A DNA stretch of 64,000 bases. It comes from Firmicutes bacterium ADurb.Bin193 (lineage in GTDB: Bacteria; Bacillota; Clostridia; Monoglobales; Firm-18). Made by a program: the position numbers and the translations under genes. Shown here piece by piece: positions 59,044 through 64,000 of the stretch (its first letter is position 1; every line of letters starts with the position of its first letter). The DNA is taken from NCBI GenBank assembly GCA_002070105.1, contig MWCQ01000002.1, positions 193,496-257,495 of the forward strand, read 5' to 3'. The notes beneath the pieces are model-generated. The model was not told the origin of the DNA and ran no database searches. It was given only the letters and a program-made list of their open reading frames with translations.

Positions 59044-59460
59044 TTAAAAAAAACCACGCTTGTCAGCAATGGGATCAATAACATATGCTATCTGCCAAGG
59101 CAGATTGAAAAAATTTTCGTGTATGAATAAATCATAATTAGACAGGAATATTCCATAACTCGGATGAGTATGTTGCCAACCTATGATTTTTTTGTCCGGA
59201 TAGAGTTTTTTTTGCTCACTATGAATATAATCCCATGTTTCGTGCGTAAATGTTAGCGTTGATGCAGAGGCATCTGTATATTTCGCTTCAATAAAAGCAG
59301 AAATTATAATATTCTTTTTCTTGTTATTTTCAAAATAATCACCTATTAGAATACCACCGCGTTCGCGAGAGGTATCTTCTTTAGAAAATTTTTCAATTTT
59401 AAGATAAACATCCTGCTTAATATAAATTTTGACATCATCGATATTTACTGCACCAACCAT
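59044..59460 (-). CDS. JAB/MPN (JAMM) metalloprotease domain protein
   Basis: Complete JAMM motif: Glu in FIEAK, then HTHPSYGIFLSNYD (HxHx7SxxD). Confidence 0.8.
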   Translation of the reverse strand: MVGAVNIDDVKIYIKQDVYLKIEKFSKEDTSRERGGILIGDYFENNKKKNIIISAFIEAKYTDASASTLTFTHETWDYIHSEQKKLYPDKKIIGWQHTHPSYGIFLSNYDLFIHENFFNLPWQIAYVIDPIADKRGFF

Positions 59461-59703
59461 TTTGAAATTATACCAATGGTTTTACAGAGGGTGTTAACAA
59501 CAAGATCAAGGTTTTGAAACGAAATGCATATGGCTATCGTAATTTCGAGCGGTTTAGAAAACGGATACTGCATATTTTCGGTAACAAAAACTGCGACAAA
59601 AATATCAAGGTGGTGTAAATCCACCTTGATACTTAGTAAATTCCGTTTTACAGATTTGACCCCAACCATTGACAAAGAGCCTTATAGATTTGTTTGGGCA
59701 AAG

Positions 59704-59740
59704 AAAAACCCCTGAAATCAAGTGATTTCAGGGGTTTTTT
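59704..59740 (-). terminator. Bidirectional rho-independent terminator downstream of the tRNA fragment
   Basis: A5-CCCCTGAAATCA..TGATTTCAGGGG-T6. Confidence 0.75.
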
Positions 59741-59784
59741 GGTTGCGGGGGGAGGATTTGAACCTCCGACCTCCGGGTTATGAG
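59740..59784 (-). tRNA. 3' fragment only (anticodon loop to CCA) of an initiator-type tRNA-Met(CAU); putative att core
   Basis: Minus strand: CTCATAACCCGGAGGTCGGAGGTTCAAATCCTCCCCCCGCAACCA. There is no matching 5' acceptor, D arm or anticodon-stem strand upstream. Confidence 0.7.
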
Positions 59785-59881
59785 TTGTAAAATCTGCCTT
59801 TAGCGAAGTGCCGCCAAGTGCTGTAAGGTGCGTTATAATGCGGTTTTGCGAGCATCACCCTTCAACGGCGTTTCGTCAAAT

Positions 59882-59923
59882 ATAAAGGACAAACACCAAA
59901 ATAAAGGACAAAAAAAGGACAAA
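59882..59923 (+). repeat. Three direct AAAGGACAAA repeats (candidate arm-type recombinase/RDF sites)
   Basis: ATAAAGGACAAA at 59882 and 59901, and AAAGGACAAA at 59914, about 100 bp inside the att junction. Confidence 0.55.
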
Positions 59924-59989
59924 AAAGGAGCGGTTTTATTCGCCCCTCTCTTGTGGTGGAATTGTGCGGCGGTTTGCGGTCGGCTGCAG

Positions 59990-60178
59990 TCAATTGTCGG
60001 CGGTCTGCTTGCGTATGTCATTTACTATTTCTTCGGGTGTCGTTCCAAACATCGCCAGTACAGCCTCTGCAAACGGTCTTGTGACTTTTTCTACGGTTAT
60101 CGTTTTTGTGTGTTCTACGCTGAGTATTTCGCCATTTGCGTTAAACCTTACTATGCTTTCTTTGGGCAGGGTTAGCAT
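59990..60178 (-). CDS. Hypothetical small protein
   Basis: 62-aa ORF, the last gene before the att junction. Confidence 0.4.
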   Translation of the reverse strand: MLTLPKESIVRFNANGEILSVEHTKTITVEKVTRPFAEAVLAMFGTTPEEIVNDIRKQTADN

Positions 60179-60264
60179 ATTCGCGCCTCCTTTGTTATGT
60201 TTGTTTTTGCTGTATATGATTACTCACTGATAGTTCACTGATTTGTTTGTGAGTATTCAGGCAC

Positions 60265-60501
60265 TTATTTTAACAATGCAGCTGTAATGCTTGCCCCCAT
60301 TTTTAGCCCGGCAATATAGCCTAAATCGTAGCAAGCACCCTCATACAAATTTACTGTGTCCTCGTCGGCTTTTTCGGTTAATATGTCACATAACCGCTCC
60401 TGCTCCGCCTCTATTTGTGCAAGTGTTCTCACGCTCTGCTTGTTGTCGGAATTTATAAGGTCCATTATGTCTATAAGTATATCCCCGTCGTGCTTTTTCA
60501 T
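60265..60501 (-). CDS. Small helical protein, paralog of 60498..60833
   Basis: The C-terminal motif YDLGYIAGLKMGASI is shared with the neighbour (YDLGYLDGLKAGASL). Confidence 0.55.
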   Translation of the reverse strand: MKKHDGDILIDIMDLINSDNKQSVRTLAQIEAEQERLCDILTEKADEDTVNLYEGACYDLGYIAGLKMGASITAALLK

Positions 60502-60833
60502 ACCGCTGCGCCGCCTTTCCGTGTTTTGCTTGTAACCGCTTCCCCAAAGTTTCGGTATTTTAGCGGGTGCTCCGTGAACAATTCCACCATAAGGCTTGCG
60601 CCGGCCTTTAGCCCGTCAAGGTATCCCAAATCATACTCAGCCCCTACAAACTCTAAAAATGTACTTACCTTTACCGCACTATCACCGCATAGGGTGCTTT
60701 TGGTTACCTCAAAAAGCTGTTTTTCCTCTTGTCTTATAATTTCCTCGTTATCTTCATCGGGTCGGTTGCCTGCTCCCTGCAGAAAAGCCATAACGTGTGC
60801 TAAATTTTTCATAATGTGGTCCCATCCTTTCAT
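60498..60833 (-). CDS. Small helical protein, paralog of 60265..60501
   Basis: 4-nt overlap with the downstream paralog. Shared YDLGY-GLK-GAS motif. Confidence 0.55.
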   Translation of the reverse strand: MKGWDHIMKNLAHVMAFLQGAGNRPDEDNEEIIRQEEKQLFEVTKSTLCGDSAVKVSTFLEFVGAEYDLGYLDGLKAGASLMVELFTEHPLKYRNFGEAVTSKTRKGGAAV

Positions 60834-60988
60834 TTGTTTTATAATTTACGGTCCTTTTATTTTATCGCATTTTACAAATCTTTCGTTTTTATTGACTTTG
60901 GAGCGGGGCTGTGGTATATTATTTATGTACCCCGCTCCGGCGGTGTGCTGCTCATACTTTGCTTGGTCGGCTGTAGTATGGGCTTTTC

Positions 60989-61264
60989 TTATGCAACGCT
61001 AAACCTTCTTGTAACCGTTTCTTTTGTGTATTGGTTGTATAGGTCTTGGTGTGTCTTTTTAAAAGCTGTGGTGTCAAAACGGCTGCTTTTAACGGTGCTG
61101 TACCTTACTTTGAAAATGTCGACCATCATTTCTTCCGTTCCTCTTGCGGTCATTTCTGCTTTTATAATGTCCTCGATTGCTGTAATCTCCGCTGCCAGTT
61201 CCTCTGCCATTGTTTTAAGTTCCTTCAGTTCTCTGACCTTGCTTGTTAATTCGTTTACGCTCAT
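60989..61264 (-). CDS. Coiled-coil hypothetical protein
   Basis: 91 aa; VRELKELKTMAEELAAEITAIEDIIKAEM. AAGGAG RBS. Confidence 0.55.
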   Translation of the reverse strand: MSVNELTSKVRELKELKTMAEELAAEITAIEDIIKAEMTARGTEEMMVDIFKVRYSTVKSSRFDTTAFKKTHQDLYNQYTKETVTRRFSVA

Positions 61265-61427
61265 TCTAAAAACTCCTTTTCTATTATTGTTAAGGTTACC
61301 TGCAGGCGGTCAAGTCATCTTCTCGGCTATACCTCCGTCGCTTTGGAGCCCCTCACGAGTATATGGTCTTGGCTTTCATAATACTTTCGGTATTATCGCC
61401 TGCTCTGTATCAACCTTACAAGCATAT

Positions 61428-61449
61428 TATACACGATATTGCGTGTATA
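61428..61449. promoter_or_regulatory. Palindromic operator-like site
   Basis: TATACACG-ATATTG-CGTGTATA. Further CGTG(C/T)ATA-like half sites lie up to 61540, upstream of the HTH gene. Confidence 0.45.
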
Positions 61450-61563
61450 ATCAATATGTAATATTGCACGATTATGCGTGTTCATATTTGTGCATATTAT
61501 ACTCTTTATTTCGTGCATAATGTATGTTATACTATGTTAAATAAGAGAAAGGGTGAAGTGTTA

Positions 61564-61776
61564 ATGCCTATTAAATACGATAAACTGCTTGCTTTGCTGA
61601 AGGAAAAGGGGTATACAACTTATAAAATAAGAAAAGATAACCTAATAAGCCAATCAGCTTGGCAAAAAATCCGCACAGGGAGCGGAGATATTGATACCCG
61701 CACGATATCCAGACTGTGCAGCGTTTTAAATTGTCAACCCGGCGATATTATGGAGTATGTCGGTGGGGAAGATTGA
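61564..61776 (+). CDS. Cro/C1-type HTH transcriptional regulator
   Basis: From MPIKYDKLLALLKEKGYTTYKIRKDNLISQS...ISRLCSVLNCQPGDIMEYV. RBS GAAAGGGTGAAG. Confidence 0.75.
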   Translation: MPIKYDKLLALLKEKGYTTYKIRKDNLISQSAWQKIRTGSGDIDTRTISRLCSVLNCQPGDIMEYVGGED

Positions 61777-61833
61777 TATTAAAAAAGCGGTCTATTTTGT
61801 GACCGTTTTTCTCTGTCTTTTAATATAAACCAC

Positions 61834-61864
61834 TTGACAAATGCTATCATATATGCTATCATAT
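61834..61864 (+). promoter_or_regulatory. TA operon promoter with a tandem 12-bp operator-like repeat
   Basis: TTGACA (61834), 17-nt spacer, TATCAT (61857). ATGCTATCATAT is repeated in direct tandem at 61841-61864. Confidence 0.55.
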
Positions 61865-61887
61865 ACACATACAAAGGAGTTGAGCAA

Positions 61888-62130
61888 ATGGACATTGTCT
61901 ATAAAAAACAACCCGAAAAATATTTGAAGAAAACCGATAAAAACACTTATAACAAACTAATCAAGGCAATTGAGGGATTGACAGAGTTAGAGGGTGATAT
62001 AATAAAACTGCAGGGCAGCGACTTGTACAGACTGAAAATTTATCACTACCGCATAATATTTGCATATAATAGCAATGATAATATTATAACCATTGAGGAA
62101 ATAAATTCGAGAGGAGATGTTTATAAATGA
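61888..62130 (+). CDS. Type II toxin, RelE/ParE superfamily
   Basis: From MDIVYKKQPEKYLKK...LYRLKIYHYRIIFAYNSNDNIITIEEINSRGDVYK, the typical RelE/ParE layout. Confidence 0.8.
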   Translation: MDIVYKKQPEKYLKKTDKNTYNKLIKAIEGLTELEGDIIKLQGSDLYRLKIYHYRIIFAYNSNDNIITIEEINSRGDVYK

Positions 62131-62387
62131 ACAAACAAGACTTTGAAGCAAAATTAAATAATATCCCGGTCGCAGAGCCGGATGAGCAGGACAGGGAGGC
62201 AATTAAAAGAATAGCCAAAAACAAGGACCATGGCACCGTATCTCACGAACAACTAAAGGAGGAGATAGAATACAGCGGAAAGATTTCCCTAAGATTGCCT
62301 AAAACCTTGCATAAAGACTTGATAAACAATGCGAAGAATGAAGGGGTATCCCTTAACCAATATGTGTTATACAAGCTAAGTCATTAA
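62127..62387 (+). CDS. Antitoxin with C-terminal ribbon-helix-helix (HicB/CopG-like)
   Basis: ATGA overlap with the toxin. ISLRLPKTLHKDLINNAKNEGVSLNQYVLYKL. Confidence 0.75.
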   Translation: MNKQDFEAKLNNIPVAEPDEQDREAIKRIAKNKDHGTVSHEQLKEEIEYSGKISLRLPKTLHKDLINNAKNEGVSLNQYVLYKLSH

Positions 62388-62399
62388 AACTATCTCTTG

Positions 62400-62430
62400 G
62401 GGGTTGCTATGTCGGCAGCCCTTTTATTTT
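62400..62430 (+). terminator. Terminator after the TA operon
   Basis: GGGTTGC-loop-GCAGCCC followed by TTTTATTTT. Confidence 0.55.
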
Positions 62431-62540
62431 GCCCCTGTGCGTTGGCTCTGTTCGCCCCTGTGGTGTTTTAAGCGCTTATCTTTGTAAAGCTATAACCAAT
62501 ACATAAAACGTCTTAAATCGCAAATTTAGGGCATATACAG

Positions 62541-62564
62541 CAAAAGGAGCGGGATGGCCGCTCC
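62541..62564 (-). terminator. Terminator after the tape-measure operon
   Basis: Minus strand: GGAGCGG-CCATC-CCGCTCC followed by TTTT. Confidence 0.65.
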
Positions 62565-62569
62565 AATCG

Positions 62570-62791
62570 TTATTTAATGTCCTGCTTTTTAAACGGTATC
62601 ACATTTGCTTGTTTCGGCTTTGTTGGTTGTAGCTTTTCTCTAAATTCTGTTATGCCTATCATTATAAACTTCTCAAAACCTTCTGAGATGCTTTCTTGCA
62701 ATGCTTCATACGTTATGCTGCCATACAAGCATTTAAAGCGGTTCATCTCGTTATATAGCGTATCGCTAACAGGGAATGTTATTTCCTTCAT
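62570..62791 (-). CDS. Hypothetical small protein downstream of the tape-measure-like gene
   Basis: From MKEITFPVSDTLYNEM. The ATG lies 1 nt after the upstream TAG. Confidence 0.5.
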   Translation of the reverse strand: MKEITFPVSDTLYNEMNRFKCLYGSITYEALQESISEGFEKFIMIGITEFREKLQPTKPKQANVIPFKKQDIK

Positions 62792-62792
62792 G

Positions 62793-64000
62793 CTATCTGA
62801 CCCCCTCTGCTTCCATTGATAAATTAGCAAATATTTTTACTATATCGTTGGCCATCTGCAGGGCGATTTTATTACTAATGCCTTTTATATTATCATTCAA
62901 AACTTGCATGATGCTTTCGGGGTCGGCGGTGGACCCTTCAAAATGATTAATGATTTCTATGTTTGGCACTGTAACACTAAACCCTTTTAAAATATTTGAT
63001 ATGGCGTTATTTACAGGCTCTACAGCACGTCCAACAATCCCACCGTTTGCAAAAGGAGTAACCCCTAACATCTGCCCTGCTTTTTCCCAAAGTGATATAG
63101 CACGGTCTTTTTTGCCGCTTGACAGCGGTATTATTGCCTCGGGTCCTGCTTCGCCCATCAGTGCAACGGTCGGACGGTCTATAATATTACCGTTGGCGTT
63201 TGGTAAAGCGTTAACAGCTACCTCTCCGCCACCGTTTTCTCTTGCCGCTTCACGTCCTGCAGCGTAACTGCTTTTTACTTTTTCCCATATCTGACTCGCC
63301 CAGTCTTTGAAGTTACCAAACCACCCCGTTATACTGTCTTTTAATTGCTGTGCATACTTAGGTATTTCAATAACAACAAAATCTGATACATTCTTCCACA
63401 GACTTGTAAAAAATCCGGGCATTGTTTCTGTGAAAAAACCAACACTTGCATTAAATGCATTAGTGGCCCACGTAGGAAGTGTCCCGGTAAAAAATCCATA
63501 TACTGAATTCCAAAGGTTGCCGAAAAACGCAGGCACTGTTTGTGTAAAGAAGTCGCTTGCTGTGTTCCATACGTTTGTTGCCCATGTTGGTATCGTTTGT
63601 GTAAAGAAGTTTCCCACGCTTGACCAGAAGTTATTCCATCCCGGTATCATTGTGCCGTTCCACCAATTGCCGACGGCTGTTGTTACTCCGTTCCACCAGT
63701 TAGGTATGCTTTGTGTAAAGAAGTTTCCTACAGAAGTCCATAAGTTATTCCACCCGTCGGGTAATGTTTTTGTAAAGAAAACCTTGATTTTCTCTATTGA
63801 ATATGCTATTGCAAAAGGTAATTGCTCTGTCAAAAACTTAGGTAATGTCTTTGTGAAGAAACCGCCTATCGCTTCCCCCGTTCTTTTGAAAAAATCCCCT
63901 ATCTTTTTGCCTATATCTGTTGCAAAGTCACTAATTGCACCCCATGCTGCATTTGCTGCGTTCGGTATCGTTTGCGTGAAAAAGTCGGGCAATGTCTTTG
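62793..64000 (-). CDS. Tape-measure-like repeat protein, C-terminal part (ORF open at the window edge)
   Basis: At least 8 repeats of ~19 aa FFT(Q/K)T(I/L)P..W...W......(G/D). C-terminal GEAGPEAIIPL block as seen in phage TMPs. The tracked start is a TTG inside a repeat, and the frame continues past 64000. Confidence 0.7.
   Translation of the reverse strand, partial: KTLPDFFTQTIPNAANAAWGAISDFATDIGKKIGDFFKRTGEAIGGFFTKTLPKFLTEQLPFAIAYSIEKIKVFFTKTLPDGWNNLWTSVGNFFTQSIPNWWNGVTTAVGNWWNGTMIPGWNNFWSSVGNFFTQTIPTWATNVWNTASDFFTQTVPAFFGNLWNSVYGFFTGTLPTWATNAFNASVGFFTETMPGFFTSLWKNVSDFVVIEIPKYAQQLKDSITGWFGNFKDWASQIWEKVKSSYAAGREAARENGGGEVAVNALPNANGNIIDRPTVALMGEAGPEAIIPLSSGKKDRAISLWEKAGQMLGVTPFANGGIVGRAVEPVNNAISNILKGFSVTVPNIEIINHFEGSTADPESIMQVLNDNIKGISNKIALQMANDIVKIFANLSMEAEGVR

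Larger units (their letters stand above)
59785..64000 (-). mobile_element. Distal end of a second integrated element (prophage remnant or island), continuing beyond the right edge
   Basis: Begins at the tRNA-fragment junction. Contains arm-type-like repeats, small ORFs, a TA pair and a tape-measure-like gene. Confidence 0.6.

Noticed and set aside
59044-59460. JAB protease as part of a CBASS, Bil or other ubiquitin-like defence operon
   Set aside because: No cyclase, E1/E2, ubiquitin-like or effector genes are adjacent. Only a LysM protein and decayed fragments flank it. It is reported as an unexplained pairing, not as a known system.
59740-59816. Possible intact tRNA-Met gene
   Set aside because: Only the 3' ~45 nt fold as a tRNA. 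The upstream 30 nt (…GGCAGATTTTACAA) cannot form the anticodon-stem 5' strand, D arm or acceptor 5' strand. It is therefore treated as a fragment and att core.
60816-61520. 234-aa hydrophobic plus-strand ORF in the second element
   Set aside because: It runs antisense through the 91-aa coiled-coil gene and through non-coding control DNA. Its Leu/Ser/Phe-rich composition is typical of the antisense of AT-rich coding sequence. A plus-strand TTGACT-17-TATATT promoter-like match at ~60891-60919 was noted, but it is not sufficient to support a gene.
62793-64000. The tape-measure fragment at the right edge might be the tape measure expected just left of position 1, as if the window were circular
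   Set aside because: Joining 64000 to 1 gives no start codon and places a mid-repeat sequence directly after the chaperone-extension stop. The right-edge gene also lies in a different element, delimited by the tRNA-fragment junction and separated from the Mu-like prophage by 35 kb of core genes.

Overview
This 64-kb window is chromosomal DNA from a Clostridia-class Firmicute. That assignment rests on gene content and order, AGGAGG-type RBSs and an SLH/cohesin/dockerin surface protein; the species cannot be determined from the sequence alone. Almost all genes are on the minus strand. There are three compartments. (1) 1 to ~22.6 kb is most of a Mu-like transposable prophage. It has a DDE transposase and a MuB-like ATPase, Mor, GemA-like and gp27-like proteins, TerL, an SPP1-type portal, a MuF-family head protein, scaffold and capsid, and a PBSX-like sheath, tube and XkdN chaperone. 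The tape measure and distal tail lie beyond the left edge. At the c end, a plus-strand XRE repressor is followed by an AT-rich Zn-ribbon membrane gene. (2) ~22.6-57.8 kb is host core: an SLH-anchored cohesin/dockerin protein, rpmE, cls, an iorAB cluster with two paaK genes, an ACT protein and a symporter, then leuS-rsfS-yqeK-nadD, trmD-rimM-khpA-rpsP-ffh-ylxM, UPF0182, ftsY, smc, a radical SAM gene, rnc, acpP, plsX, pgsA, rimO, recX, recA and cinA-C. (3) 57.8-64 kb starts with an AT-rich islet holding a transposase remnant, a LysM protein and a JAB/MPN protease. Next comes a 45-nt 3' fragment of an initiator-type tRNA-Met with its terminator, read as the att junction of a second integrated element. 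That element carries small ORFs, an HTH regulator, a RelE/ParE-type TA pair and the C-terminal part of a tape-measure-like repeat protein running off the right edge. The most noteworthy observations are these. The MuF head protein has a polymorphic-toxin-like C-terminus and a translationally coupled small partner ORF. The prophage encodes a DUF2829 (Tad2-like) protein. An A_AAA_AAC -1 frameshift site sits at the end of the tail chaperone gene. Candidate transposase-binding repeats mark the prophage c end. A hairpin-rich ~126-bp element family occurs as three perfect tandem copies between plsX and acpP and as two diverged copies at the prophage/host junction. No complete multi-gene defence system could be recognised. 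All family assignments come from motif recognition by eye and need HMM or BLAST confirmation.
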